Positions 37,441 to 47,842 of a stretch of DNA of 64,000 nucleotides are shown in pieces; the first letter of the stretch is position 1; every line of letters starts with the position of its first letter. The notes under the pieces are model-generated. The model ran no database searches and was not told the origin of the DNA. It saw only the letters and a program-made list of their open reading frames with translations. A program made the translations under genes and the position numbers. The DNA comes from Candidatus Omnitrophota bacterium (GTDB lineage Bacteria; Omnitrophota; Gorgyraeia; Zapsychrales; Fredricksoniimonadaceae), in the NCBI GenBank assembly GCA_903836515.1, contig CAILQW010000005.1:3280-67279 (forward strand). Direction: 5' to 3'.

Positions 37441-38220
37441 ATGAAGAGAAAATTTCTTTTTCTTTCGGTGGCATGTTCGGTCCTGGCTGCCCTGCTGGTG
37501 CTGGCCACCGCCTGGCTTGTCCCGCGTTATCAGGTGCCGATCCTGATGTACCACGCCATCACGCCGTCATGGCATGAGCCGCTCAACAATGTGATGCCTG
37601 CCAATTTTGCCCGGCAGATGAATTATATCAGTTCGCATGGCTACCGCGTCATGACGCTCGATGAGCTGGTTGAGGGGATCCGGACAGGGCGCAGGGTGTT
37701 CCAAAGGAGCGTGGTGATCACCTTTGATGACGGCTATGAGAATAATTATACCCGGGCTTATCCTTATTTAAAGCAGCACGATTTTCCGGCGGCGATCTTC
37801 CTGGAGGTGGCCAATGTGGACCATCCCGGATACCTGACGTGGGCGCAGGCCGTTGACATGGCCGCTCACGGGGTAACTTTTGGGAGCCACATGATGACCG
37901 GTGCTTACATCCCCGGATTGCCGCGCGAAGAAGCTGTATCGCAGATCAGGGAGAGCAAGCGCCTGATCGAGGCCAGGCTGGGCCGGCCGGCCTTGTTTTT
38001 TGCCTATCCCATCGGCGGATTTGATGAGACCGTCAAGCAGGCCCTTCGGGACGCCGGTTATGCCGCAGCCTTTGCGACCAACCGCGGGAATGACCACAAG
38101 GGGATGGATTTGTACGAATTGAAGCGTATCCGGGTCAAGGACGGGGATAGCGCCCTGGTGCTTTGGTTCAAGCTTTCGGGTTATTATAATTTTTTCAGGC
38201 CGGTCAAGAGTTCAAACTGA
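37441..38220 (+). CDS. Polysaccharide deacetylase (NodB homology domain), exported
   Basis: N-terminal TM/signal. NodB motifs VITFDDGYENNY and HPGYLTWAQ, with a conserved His. Confidence 0.8.
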   Translation: MKRKFLFLSVACSVLAALLVLATAWLVPRYQVPILMYHAITPSWHEPLNNVMPANFARQMNYISSHGYRVMTLDELVEGIRTGRRVFQRSVVITFDDGYENNYTRAYPYLKQHDFPAAIFLEVANVDHPGYLTWAQAVDMAAHGVTFGSHMMTGAYIPGLPREEAVSQIRESKRLIEARLGRPALFFAYPIGGFDETVKQALRDAGYAAAFATNRGNDHKGMDLYELKRIRVKDGDSALVLWFKLSGYYNFFRPVKSSN

Positions 38221-38265
38221 GCGCGGTCATGCCGCGGGTGTTGACATGAGGGGAAAAGGAGTGTC

Positions 38266-41200
38266 ATGAAAGAGACAGCACAATCATATTTGCGCCAGGA
38301 CGGGACATTTGTTATCGAGGATTTTAACCGCAGGGCGCCTTTCGCGAATTTTTTTCCGGGAATCGCCGGTGCCTGGGGTATTCCGATGTGGGTGTTCACC
38401 ACCAACCGCGGCCAGGGTATTGCCTCTTTCGGGATTGAGTCGAAGGACAAGGCGATCATGGAGTTCCAGCCTGCCAACAAGGCCTACCGGTTGACGGGGA
38501 CGCATGGATTTCGCACCTTCCTCAAGGTCAAGCGGGGCACAGCCGTCAAATTTTACGAGCCCTTCCGCGCCGATGCGGGCACGCCTTTTAAAATCCGCCA
38601 GTCGATGATGATCACCTCCCACGACCTGACGATCGAGGAAGTCAACCAGACGCTGGGGGTGGCGGTCACGGTCAATTATTTCACCATGCCCGAAGAGCCT
38701 TTTGCCGCCCTTGTCCGCATGGTGACGGTCAGGAATCTCTCCAAAGCGGCGATGTCCCTTGAGATGATCGACGGCCTGCCGGTCATTATCCCTTTCGGGC
38801 AGAACGACTGGGTCATGAAGCACATGTGCCGCACCATTGAGGCCTGGTACAAGGTGCGCAACCTTCACAAGCGCGCGCCCTATTTTCAGCTCGACGTCGA
38901 GGCCGCCGACGTGCCGCAGGTCAACCATATCAAGGAAGGCAATTTCTATTTTGCGTTTGATCCCAAGGCCAAGCCGGGGGTCCTGCTGACGCCTTGTGTC
39001 GAGGCTGCTGCGGTGTTCGGACAGGCGACCGACTTCACTGTGCCGGAATGCTTCATAGCGGCGAAGAATTACAAGGTCCCCGTGCTTCAGCAGACAGATA
39101 ACCGCACCCCGTGTGCCATGGCGCACACGACCTTCCCGCTGCGGGCCGGTGCGTCGAAAGATGTGATCAGCCTCACCGGTTTTGCGCGCAGTGTCGATGA
39201 GCTCAATGCGAATGTCAAAAAGGCCACGGCGTCAGGTTTCGTGGAGCGCAAGCGCGCGGGCAACCGGGCCCTGGTGGAGGGGGTCAAGTCCCTGGCATTC
39301 ACGCACAGCGCGCACAACGCGTTTAATGCGTACGCCGGACAGACCTTTCTGGACAATGTGATGCGCGGCGGGCTTCCGGTAAGCCTCAAGACGAGTGCGG
39401 GTCCGGCGGTGTTCAACGTTTACAGCCGTAAACACGGCGACATGGAGCGCGACTATAATTTCTTCAAACTGTCCCCAACCTTCCTTTCCCAGGGGAACGG
39501 CAATTACCGCGATGTGAACCAGAACCGCCGCAACGACGTGTGGTTTAATCCGGACCTGAAGGACAGCGCTGTGGTCAATTTCTTTTCGCTCACACGGGCG
39601 GACGGGTACAACCCTCTGATCGTCTGCGGCATGGCCTTCACGCCTGAAGATGACGGCAGGATCAATGACCTTCTGGGGGCGTGTGTCAAATCCGGGGACG
39701 TGACCGCCCTGGCGACATTCCTGAAGAAGGGGTTTATGCCCGGGGACCTGTTCAATTTTATGGCGGATCATGATATCCGCCTGAAGGTGACGCCCCGTGC
39801 TTTCCTGGCGCGTGTGTTAAGCGAATGCCGCAAGTCGGAAACAGCCCAGCACGGGGAGGGTTTCTGGACGGATCACTGGACGTACAACCTCGACCTGCTG
39901 GAAAGTTATTTGTCGCTTTATCCGGAAAATCTCAACGCGATCTTTCTGGGCAACAAAAATTTCGGTTTTTATCATAACGGCGTTTACGTTCAGCCGCGCG
40001 ATAAGCGTTATGTGCTGACAGCCCGCGGTGTGCGCCAGTATCACTCCTTGCATGAGGCTCACGAGGATAAAAATAACACCCTGCGTGTTTCTCACGGGGC
40101 GGGCGAGGTGTACCGCACCAGCCTTCTGGTGAAGATGCTTTGCCTTGTCGCCAACAAGGCCGCCACCCTCGATCCCAGCGGGATCGGGATTGAGATGGAA
40201 GCTAACAAACCCAACTGGTACGATTCGTTAAACGGGCTGCCAGGCCTGCTGGGGTCGTCCATTTCCGAAACATTCGAACTGAAACGTGCCGCCGCGTTTG
40301 TTCTGGCGGCCTTCGACCGGCTTGCCCTTGACGGCGACGCCTCGGTCCTGGTATTTGAAGAGCTTGCGGATTTTTGCGAGGGGCTGGGAGGCCTGTTGGC
40401 GCAGGAACACAGCGATCTTCACTATTGGGACAAATCCAACACCCTGAAGGAAGCTTACCGGGTCAGGATACGCCAGGGCATTTCCGGGGGGGAAAAAGAA
40501 GTTTCTTTTGCCTTCCTGCGCCGGCTCCTGGAAGCGGTGGTCGTGAAGGCGGACAGGGCGGTGGCCAAGGCCGCGCGTCCCGACGGCCTTTTTGCCACCT
40601 ATTATGTCCATGAGGTGGTCCGCCATGAAATGATCGATGGGGTATCGCCCGCCAAAGAAGGCCCGCATGTCAGGCCGCTTGCCTTTAAACGTCATGACCT
40701 GCCGCTTTTTCTGGAAGGGTTCGTGCACGCCCTGCGCAGTGAGCCGGATGCGGCCCGCGCGCGGGAGCTTTACCGTCAGGTGCGCAAGAGCCCCCTGTTC
40801 GATCGTGCCCTGGGCATGTATAAATTGAACACCAATATTACGGCGGAGAGCGAGGAGATCGGGCGCACACGGGTTTTCCCGCGCGGCTGGCTTGAGAACG
40901 AATCTATCTGGCTGCACATGGAATACAAGTACCTGCTGGAGCTGCTGCGCCGGGGGCTGTTTGAAGAGTTTTACCAGGATCTCGCGACCTGTTGTGTGCC
41001 CTTCATGGATCCCTCGCGGTATGGCCGCAGTATCCTCGAGAATTCTTCATTCATTGTGTCCAGCGCGCATACGGACCCTAACCTGCACGGCCAGGGATGT
41101 GTGGCCCGCCTTTCGGGCAGTACCGCTGAATTCACGCATATGTGGATGCTGATGAGCGCGGGTCTTTCGCCTTTTACCGTCAGCCAGGGCGGCGCGCTTG

Positions 41201-41535
41201 AACTCGCTTTTCGTCCGGCGCTCAAGGGGGCGTGGTTCACGCAGGCGGGTTCATCGGCCGAGATGTTCACCCTTGACGGCGAACGCCGGATGCTCGACCT
41301 GCCGGCGGATACCTATGCGTTCAATTTCATGGGACGGACACTGGTTGTATACCACAACAGCCGGCATGCCGACACGTTTGGCGCCCGTGCGGTCCTGCCG
41401 GTGCGCGTGACCCTGCGCTATGCCGCTGCCCACGGCGGGAAAAAACACGAGATCACCGGCGGCGTTATCCGGTCGCCCTACGCGGGCGATGTTCGTGAGG
41501 GCCGGGTGGAGCGCATCGACGTGGTGCTGGAGTAG
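38266..41535 (+). CDS. Large hypothetical protein (1089 aa), possibly a glycoside hydrolase/phosphorylase-like six-hairpin enzyme (tentative)
   Basis: Long uninterrupted ORF with no signal peptide. I recognise no domain confidently. A carbohydrate-active role is guessed only from adjacency to the deacetylase and a Trp/aromatic-rich composition. Confidence 0.55.
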   Translation: MKETAQSYLRQDGTFVIEDFNRRAPFANFFPGIAGAWGIPMWVFTTNRGQGIASFGIESKDKAIMEFQPANKAYRLTGTHGFRTFLKVKRGTAVKFYEPFRADAGTPFKIRQSMMITSHDLTIEEVNQTLGVAVTVNYFTMPEEPFAALVRMVTVRNLSKAAMSLEMIDGLPVIIPFGQNDWVMKHMCRTIEAWYKVRNLHKRAPYFQLDVEAADVPQVNHIKEGNFYFAFDPKAKPGVLLTPCVEAAAVFGQATDFTVPECFIAAKNYKVPVLQQTDNRTPCAMAHTTFPLRAGASKDVISLTGFARSVDELNANVKKATASGFVERKRAGNRALVEGVKSLAFTHSAHNAFNAYAGQTFLDNVMRGGLPVSLKTSAGPAVFNVYSRKHGDMERDYNFFKLSPTFLSQGNGNYRDVNQNRRNDVWFNPDLKDSAVVNFFSLTRADGYNPLIVCGMAFTPEDDGRINDLLGACVKSGDVTALATFLKKGFMPGDLFNFMADHDIRLKVTPRAFLARVLSECRKSETAQHGEGFWTDHWTYNLDLLESYLSLYPENLNAIFLGNKNFGFYHNGVYVQPRDKRYVLTARGVRQYHSLHEAHEDKNNTLRVSHGAGEVYRTSLLVKMLCLVANKAATLDPSGIGIEMEANKPNWYDSLNGLPGLLGSSISETFELKRAAAFVLAAFDRLALDGDASVLVFEELADFCEGLGGLLAQEHSDLHYWDKSNTLKEAYRVRIRQGISGGEKEVSFAFLRRLLEAVVVKADRAVAKAARPDGLFATYYVHEVVRHEMIDGVSPAKEGPHVRPLAFKRHDLPLFLEGFVHALRSEPDAARARELYRQVRKSPLFDRALGMYKLNTNITAESEEIGRTRVFPRGWLENESIWLHMEYKYLLELLRRGLFEEFYQDLATCCVPFMDPSRYGRSILENSSFIVSSAHTDPNLHGQGCVARLSGSTAEFTHMWMLMSAGLSPFTVSQGGALELAFRPALKGAWFTQAGSSAEMFTLDGERRMLDLPADTYAFNFMGRTLVVYHNSRHADTFGARAVLPVRVTLRYAAAHGGKKHEITGGVIRSPYAGDVREGRVERIDVVLE

Positions 41536-41539
41536 TCCT

Positions 41540-42637
41540 GTGATAATATCTGTTCCCCGACGCACGCCCCTTTTTAACACGCATATGGCGCTGGGTGCCA
41601 AAATGGTCCCTTTTGGCGGATGGGAAATGCCCCTGCAGTATCCCGACGGGATTCTCAAGGAGCATGAGGCCAACCGCAAGGGCTGTTCTGTTTTTGACTG
41701 TTCGCATATGGGTGAGTTTCTCATTGAGGGTGATGCGGTGGCCTGTGGGCTTGAGCGTATCGTCACCCAGCCCTTGGCGGACCAGCCTGTGGGCACATGC
41801 CGTTATGGGATGGCGCTCAATGCCTCCGGTGGAACGATCGATGACCTGATCGTCTACCGCCTGGCACCGGAAAAATGGATGGTCGTAGTCAATGCCGCCA
41901 ATATCGCCAAGGATGCGGCTCATTTTCGCGCGCATCTGGCATCCGGGACACGGTTTGAGGATGTGTCCGATGAGACGGCCAAGATCGATGTCCAGGGGCC
42001 CTTGTCGCGTGATGTGATGGCCGCGCTGGTGCCCGGGGTCAGGGATCTGGCGTATTACACCTTTGGTATTTTTCGTGTCCTGGGAGAGGATGTCATTGTC
42101 AGCCGGACAGGGTACACCGGTGAGCTCGGCTACGAGATCTATTACCCGTGGGGCCGTACGGGAAAGCTGTGGGACGCCCTGTGTGCGGACAGGCGTGTCC
42201 ATCCGACGGGGCTTGGCGTTCGCGATGTGCTGCGCATCGAAGTGTGTTATCCGCTCTACGGGCATGAGCTCTCCGAAGAGATCTCGCCGTTGGAAGCCGG
42301 CCTGGGCCGTTTTGTCGATACGGGCAAGGATTTCATGGGCCGGGCAGAGCTTTTGCGCCGGGATCGGGAGGGCGGGCGCCGGATCATCCATTTTGTGTCC
42401 GCGAGCCGCCGCGCCCCGCGCCAGGGGCATGCTATTTTTTCGGCGGAGGGCGTTGTTGCCGGCGATGTCGTCAGCGGGACATTTTCACCGGCGCTGGGGG
42501 CGGGTGTCGGCATCGGATTTATAAAAAAAGAGTTTACGGGTGCGTATAAAAATATTATATTTGGGGATGAAAAAATGAGGGTGGACGCGCAGGCGGCCTC
42601 CAGGCCCTTTTATAAAACGGGCTCACTCAGGGCCTAG
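41540..42637 (+). CDS. gcvT: Glycine cleavage system T protein (aminomethyltransferase)
   Basis: GTG start at 41540. N-terminus RRTPLFNTHMALGAKMVPFGGWEMPLQY and the downstream folate-binding domain match GcvT. The ORF-track start at 41420 overlaps the previous gene. Confidence 0.9.
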   Translation: MIISVPRRTPLFNTHMALGAKMVPFGGWEMPLQYPDGILKEHEANRKGCSVFDCSHMGEFLIEGDAVACGLERIVTQPLADQPVGTCRYGMALNASGGTIDDLIVYRLAPEKWMVVVNAANIAKDAAHFRAHLASGTRFEDVSDETAKIDVQGPLSRDVMAALVPGVRDLAYYTFGIFRVLGEDVIVSRTGYTGELGYEIYYPWGRTGKLWDALCADRRVHPTGLGVRDVLRIEVCYPLYGHELSEEISPLEAGLGRFVDTGKDFMGRAELLRRDREGGRRIIHFVSASRRAPRQGHAIFSAEGVVAGDVVSGTFSPALGAGVGIGFIKKEFTGAYKNIIFGDEKMRVDAQAASRPFYKTGSLRA

Positions 42638-42658
42638 AGTTAAAGGACGGAGAGATTT

Positions 42659-43072
42659 ATGGATATCGTCGAGCATTATCTGTACACCAAAGAACACGAG
42701 TGGATCAATATCGAGGACGGTGTCGGCACGGTGGGCATCACCGAATACGCCCAGAGCGCCCTTGGCGATATCACCTTCGTCGATCTGCCCCACGCGGAGG
42801 CCGAAGTGGAGCAGTTCGAGCAGTTGACGTCGGTCGAGTCGGTCAAGTCTGCCAGCGATATCTTTTCGCCCATGTCCGGACGCATCATCGATGTCAATGA
42901 CAAGCTTTCCGACGATCCCGGGCTGATCAACCGGTCCTGCTGCGACAAGGGCTGGATCGCCAGGATCGAGATCTCGGATATGGATGAATCTTCCAATCTC
43001 CTGACCGCGGCGGAATATGGGAGCTATCTCGAAAGCCTCGACCGTAACGGGGACGCTGACAGCGACGAGTAA
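42659..43072 (+). CDS. gcvH: Glycine cleavage system H protein
   Basis: 137 aa with the lipoyl-lysine motif (VESVKSASDIFSPMSG) and a good RBS (GGACGGAGAG). Confidence 0.9.
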   Translation: MDIVEHYLYTKEHEWINIEDGVGTVGITEYAQSALGDITFVDLPHAEAEVEQFEQLTSVESVKSASDIFSPMSGRIIDVNDKLSDDPGLINRSCCDKGWIARIEISDMDESSNLLTAAEYGSYLESLDRNGDADSDE

Positions 43073-43102
43073 ACCGCCCGGACCGTAATACAGGATCTTC
43101 CC

Positions 43103-44440
43103 TTGAATCCCTATATCGCCAATACACCAGAAGATGTCCGGGCCATGCTGGACGTCATCGGCGTCGATTCTATCGATGCCCTCTTCGCCGACATCAAGCC
43201 GGAGCATGCCCCTCTTTCCTTTGACCTTCCCGCAGGCCTTTCGGAGTTCGAGGTCATGGAGCGTCTGCGGCGGCTTGCGGCCAGGAACACCGGGGCCCTG
43301 GTTCCCTTCATCGGCGGCGGTTATTATGACCACTATGTGCCGGCCGCCTGCGGCGCCATTATGTCGCGCGGCGAGTTTTATACGGCCTACACACCCTATC
43401 AGCCCGAATGCTCCCAGGGGACGCTCCAGGCCCTGTTTGAATACCAGAGCGGTATTTGCACCCTGACGGGCATGGATGCGGCCAACGCCTCTCTTTACGA
43501 CGGGGGAACGGCTCTTTATGAGGCCATGATGATGGCCCTGCGCATCACGCGCCGCCAGAAGATCATCATGGATGGGGGCGTCAGTCCCATTTACCGCAAG
43601 CTTATCCGGTCCTACACCCATAACCTTCATATCGATCTTGTTGAAACGCCCGTGGTTCACGGGCAGACCGACCGGGCGGCGGTGGCCGGACTGCTGGACA
43701 AGGACACGGCAGCGGTCATTGTTCAGAACCCTAACTTTTTTGGCGCTATCGACGATCATGCGGATATAGCGCAGCAAGCGCATGCTGCCGGCGCGCTTTT
43801 GGTGGCAAGTGTTTATCCTGTATCCTTGGGCTTGTTAAAAACTCCGGCGGAGATGGGGGTCGATATTGCCACGGGCGAAGGACAGTCGCTGGGATTGCCG
43901 CTTAATTTCGGCGGCCCCTACCTTGGTTTCATGGCGGTGCGCAAGGCGCTGATCCGTCAGATGCCGGGCCGTATTGTCGGCGAGACTGTTGATGCGCAGG
44001 GCCGCAGATGCTTTGTCAACACCCTTCAGGCACGTGAACAGCATATTCGTCGGGAAAAAGCCACCTCCAACATTTGCACGAATGCGGCGCTGTGTGCGAT
44101 CCAGGCGGCTGTCTTTATGTCGCTGTTGGGGCGGGAGGGGTTTCGACGGCTGGCCCAGCTCAATCTCGACAAAGCGGAATTTGCCCGTCAGACGCTCGAG
44201 GCGATCCCGGGCGTCAGCGTGAAACGCTCCTCGCCGACCTTTAATGAGTTCGCGGTCCATTTGCCCAGGGATGCGGCGGACGTCGTGGAAGCGATGATCC
44301 CGCGCGGGTTCGCGGCAGGTTTTCCCCTGGGCCGTTATTACGCGGGCATGGATCATTATTTGCTGGTCGCGGTCACGGAAAAGCGTACCCAGGACGAGAT
44401 CCGGGCCTACGCCGCGGCGCTCGCGGAGGTGCTCGCATGA
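43103..44440 (+). CDS. gcvPA: Glycine dehydrogenase (decarboxylating) subunit 1
   Basis: 445 aa, apparent TTG start. N-terminus MNPYIANTPEDVRAMLDVIGVDSIDALF is typical of the P-protein alpha subunit. Confidence 0.9.
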   Translation: MNPYIANTPEDVRAMLDVIGVDSIDALFADIKPEHAPLSFDLPAGLSEFEVMERLRRLAARNTGALVPFIGGGYYDHYVPAACGAIMSRGEFYTAYTPYQPECSQGTLQALFEYQSGICTLTGMDAANASLYDGGTALYEAMMMALRITRRQKIIMDGGVSPIYRKLIRSYTHNLHIDLVETPVVHGQTDRAAVAGLLDKDTAAVIVQNPNFFGAIDDHADIAQQAHAAGALLVASVYPVSLGLLKTPAEMGVDIATGEGQSLGLPLNFGGPYLGFMAVRKALIRQMPGRIVGETVDAQGRRCFVNTLQAREQHIRREKATSNICTNAALCAIQAAVFMSLLGREGFRRLAQLNLDKAEFARQTLEAIPGVSVKRSSPTFNEFAVHLPRDAADVVEAMIPRGFAAGFPLGRYYAGMDHYLLVAVTEKRTQDEIRAYAAALAEVLA

Positions 44441-45894
44441 AACTTATTTTTGAACAGAGCGTCCCCGGACGCCAGGGGTTCAGGTTTCCCGATTCTGATG
44501 TCGGTGTGAAAGCCGCCGTGGCCCCAAAATACCTGCGGCAGGCCGCACTGGCATGGCCGGAAGTTTCGGAACTGGATGTGGTCCGCCATTTCACGCGGCT
44601 TTCCCAGCTCAATTTTTCCGTCGATGCCAATATTTATCCGCTGGGTTCATGCACCATGAAGTACAACCCGAAGTTCACTGAAAAAGCGGCGGCCATGCCC
44701 GGGTTCGCGGACCTGCATCCTTTGCTGCCGCAGCTTAAGGGCGGCGAGCGTTATGTGCAGGGGGCGCTGGAGGTGCTTTACGATACCCAGCGCTGGCTTG
44801 GCGAGATCACGGGCATGAAGGCGTTCACACTCCAGCCTCTGGCCGGCGCGCATGGGGAACTCACCGGGATCATGCTCATGGCTGCTTACCACAAGGCTCA
44901 GGGGAACAGGAAGAAATATATCATTGTCCCGGATTCAGCGCACGGCACCAACCCCGCCAGCGCGGCGGTCGCCGGCTATCAGATCATCTCTGTCCCCTCC
45001 GACAGGAAGGGCGGGATGGATATCGACAAGCTCAGGGCCGTTCTGACCGATGAAGTCGCCGGGCTCATGATGACATGCCCGGATACGCATGGTGTTTTCA
45101 ACTCCAGGATCGCGGAGATCGCGCAGCTTGTGCATTCTGTCGACGGGCTCATGTATTATGACGGCGCCAACCTTAACGCGACTCTCGGACGGTGCCGTCC
45201 CGGCGATGTGGGCTTCGATGTGGTCCATCTTAATCTCCACAAAACTTTCGGCACCCCGCATGGCGGCGGCGGCCCGGGGTCCGGGCCTGTGGGCGTCACC
45301 GGGAAGCTTGCAAAGTTCCTGCCGGTTTCGCGTGTCGTGAAACGTCCCGACGGCGTTTACGCCCTGGATTATGACCAGCCCGATTCCATCGGGTATATCG
45401 CGTCGTTTTACGGGAATTTCGGCATTATCCTGCGCGCCTATGCTTATATGCTCATGCTGGGCGGGGACGGGCTCAAGGCCACCAGTGATCACGCGGTGCT
45501 TAATGCCAACTACCTGATGCATCGCCTGAAAAAGCATTATCAGATCGCCTTTGACCGCATCTGCATGCATGAGTGCCTTTTCTCGGCGGCGAAGCAGGCC
45601 GAGGCAGGGGTGCATGCCATTGATATTGCCAAATTTCTCATTGACCAGGGCATTCATCCGCCGACCGTTTATTTTCCGCTGACGGTCAAGGAAGCGGTCA
45701 TGATCGAGCCGACGGAAACCGAGAGCCGTCAGACGCTTGATCTTTTTGCCGAGGCTATGATCCGGGCCGATGCACTGGCCAAGGCCGATCCGGACGCATT
45801 CCATGCTTTCCCGCGCACCATGCCGATTTCCCGTCCGGATGAGACAAAAGCCGCGCGAGACATGAACGTTAATTTTTTTGCGTCCAGGGCATGA
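44437..45894 (+). CDS. gcvPB: Glycine dehydrogenase (decarboxylating) subunit 2
   Basis: 485 aa, PLP-dependent fold. ATGA start/stop overlap with gcvPA. Confidence 0.9.
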   Translation: MKLIFEQSVPGRQGFRFPDSDVGVKAAVAPKYLRQAALAWPEVSELDVVRHFTRLSQLNFSVDANIYPLGSCTMKYNPKFTEKAAAMPGFADLHPLLPQLKGGERYVQGALEVLYDTQRWLGEITGMKAFTLQPLAGAHGELTGIMLMAAYHKAQGNRKKYIIVPDSAHGTNPASAAVAGYQIISVPSDRKGGMDIDKLRAVLTDEVAGLMMTCPDTHGVFNSRIAEIAQLVHSVDGLMYYDGANLNATLGRCRPGDVGFDVVHLNLHKTFGTPHGGGGPGSGPVGVTGKLAKFLPVSRVVKRPDGVYALDYDQPDSIGYIASFYGNFGIILRAYAYMLMLGGDGLKATSDHAVLNANYLMHRLKKHYQIAFDRICMHECLFSAAKQAEAGVHAIDIAKFLIDQGIHPPTVYFPLTVKEAVMIEPTETESRQTLDLFAEAMIRADALAKADPDAFHAFPRTMPISRPDETKAARDMNVNFFASRA

Positions 45895-46532
45895 GGATCG
45901 AGGATCTTTCGTTTCAGGATCCGCAGGAAAATCTCGCTTATGATGACAGCCTGTTGGCAAGGGCCGATACAGGCACCGGTGGAGAAGTCCTCCGTTTCTG
46001 GGAGTCTGCAGCCTTCTTTGCGGTGCTGGGGCGGACTTGCGCCGCCGGGCAGGAGGTGGATGCCGCGGCGTGCACGCGCGCGGGGGTGAGCATCCTGCGC
46101 CGTTCCTCGGGCGGCGGCACGGTGTTGCAGGGCCCGGGCTGTCTTAATTTTTCCCTGGTTTTGGCCAAAACGCGCCATCCTGCGCTGGCGTCTATTTCCC
46201 AATCCTATGGTTTCATCCTTGACAAGGTTATCGCGGCGCTTGCCTCCTGCGGCGTGGAGGCATTTTTTCGTCCGGTCTGCGACCTTGTCCTGGGCCCGGG
46301 CGAGATGAAATTCTCCGGCAATGCCCAGCGGCGCGGGCGGGGGCATATCCTGCATCACGGGACCATCCTTTATGCCTTTGACCTCCCGCTCATCGGCGCA
46401 TGCCTTCACATGCCGCCGCGGATGCCTGAGTACCGACGCGGACGCCGCCATGAGGATTTTGTGGCCAATATTCACCTGGATGTCGGGCGTTTCAAACGTG
46501 CCCTGGGCCAGGCCTGGGGTGTTCTTGGATAA
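45891..46532 (+). CDS. Lipoate-protein ligase A family catalytic-domain protein (single BPL/LPL domain)
   Basis: 213 aa with the LplA-type motif RRSSGGGTVLQGPGCLNFSLVL. ATGA overlap with gcvPB. No C-terminal LplA accessory domain. Confidence 0.75.
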   Translation: MRIEDLSFQDPQENLAYDDSLLARADTGTGGEVLRFWESAAFFAVLGRTCAAGQEVDAAACTRAGVSILRRSSGGGTVLQGPGCLNFSLVLAKTRHPALASISQSYGFILDKVIAALASCGVEAFFRPVCDLVLGPGEMKFSGNAQRRGRGHILHHGTILYAFDLPLIGACLHMPPRMPEYRRGRRHEDFVANIHLDVGRFKRALGQAWGVLG

Positions 46533-46555
46533 GATTTTTTAAAGTTTTTTGAACC

Positions 46556-47842
46556 GTGGATGGTAAAATAATTTTTCAGGGAGGCTGCGTGCATTCATTG
46601 CGTCCAGGAAAGTTGTGGGTGAGTTGTGTGATGGCGGCCGCAGTGTTGCTGGGTCCTGTGCGCTTGCTGCCGGATGCGTCTGCCGCGTCTGCCGCACATG
46701 AAGCGTATCTGCCTTTTTTTGAAGAGGTTTACACCCTGATGCAGGAACATTACTTCTTTGAAGTTCAGCGTTCCGATTTTGACCGGTTCCTCGAACTTTT
46801 TGATGCGAAGATTTATCCCGATATCCTTCGCCAGCACAAGAGCGCGGATTTCATCCGCTGGCGTACAGCCGCCTACCTGGTCGACACGCTCAAACAGCCC
46901 GATGATCTTTTTTCGCGTTTTTTGCCGCCCAAACCGGCCGTACAGTTTGCGAAGGAAGTTTACGGAAAAAAGATCGACCTGGGCATCGAGGGCCATACGA
47001 TTACCGGGGGAATGGTGGTGGATTTCGTGGAGCCCCGATCGGATGCCTACGCCAAAGGGCTGCGGGAGAACGACCTTGTGGTACGTCTTGATCAGGAGGA
47101 TGTCCTGATCCTGGGCGATAAACGGATGAGGGACCGGCTCAATCCTCTGGAGGGCGGGCGGGTCCTGATCGATTATTTTTCCGGGCAGACGCGCGCGCCT
47201 CATGCCATCGAGGTGGTCAGCCGCGAATACTTCAAGCAGACCGTTTTTCTTGTGCCGACGGGTGTGCCGGGTATCTATTGTTTGCAGATCCGTAAATTCA
47301 ATCAGGGTACCCCGGAAGATTTCAGCCGGCTCCTGGACCAGATCAGGCTCAGGAACCCCAGGGGGCTTGTGCTTGACCTGCGGGATAATCCAGGCGGGCC
47401 GCCTTTGGCCGCACGGGCCATTGCCGCATTTTTTCTTCCCAATGGAAAAGGTCTCGTCTATTTCGAAGGCCGCCGCCGGCCCCGTGCCGATCTCGATATT
47501 CCGGTGATTCCTGGCATGCTTCAGGTAGATTGGCCCGTGGCCATCCTGGTCAACAAGGGGACGGGGAGTGCCGCCGAACTTTTCACCGGGGTCCTCCAGG
47601 ACAAGAAACGTGCGGTGGTCCTGGGCGAGCAGACGGCCGGGCAGGTGTTGTTAAAAAGCTTGTTTGATCTTTCCGACGGTTCGACGCTGGCCCTGGTTAA
47701 TGCCCGGGGGCATTTTCCGGATGGAAGGCCTTTTCCTTTTGATGGCGTTCGTCCCGACGAGAAGCTTTCCGGTGTCACGCAGGAGGCGGCGGTGGGCCTG
47801 GCGGCGAAGTATCTTTATCTGTCCAGGGGGGGCGTGAAATGA
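46556..47842 (+). CDS. S41 family C-terminal processing peptidase
   Basis: Motifs LVLDLRDNPGGP and VAILVNKGTGSAAELFTGVLQD (catalytic Ser region) with a PDZ-like middle region. An N-terminal hydrophobic signal is likely; the start is uncertain. Confidence 0.75.
   Translation: MDGKIIFQGGCVHSLRPGKLWVSCVMAAAVLLGPVRLLPDASAASAAHEAYLPFFEEVYTLMQEHYFFEVQRSDFDRFLELFDAKIYPDILRQHKSADFIRWRTAAYLVDTLKQPDDLFSRFLPPKPAVQFAKEVYGKKIDLGIEGHTITGGMVVDFVEPRSDAYAKGLRENDLVVRLDQEDVLILGDKRMRDRLNPLEGGRVLIDYFSGQTRAPHAIEVVSREYFKQTVFLVPTGVPGIYCLQIRKFNQGTPEDFSRLLDQIRLRNPRGLVLDLRDNPGGPPLAARAIAAFFLPNGKGLVYFEGRRRPRADLDIPVIPGMLQVDWPVAILVNKGTGSAAELFTGVLQDKKRAVVLGEQTAGQVLLKSLFDLSDGSTLALVNARGHFPDGRPFPFDGVRPDEKLSGVTQEAAVGLAAKYLYLSRGGVK

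Noticed and set aside
41465-45960. Minus-strand ORFs of 321, 386 and 341 aa across the gcv operon
   Set aside because: Antisense shadows. The + strand encodes gcvT/H/PA/PB with unmistakable conserved motifs, including the GcvH lipoyl-lysine.
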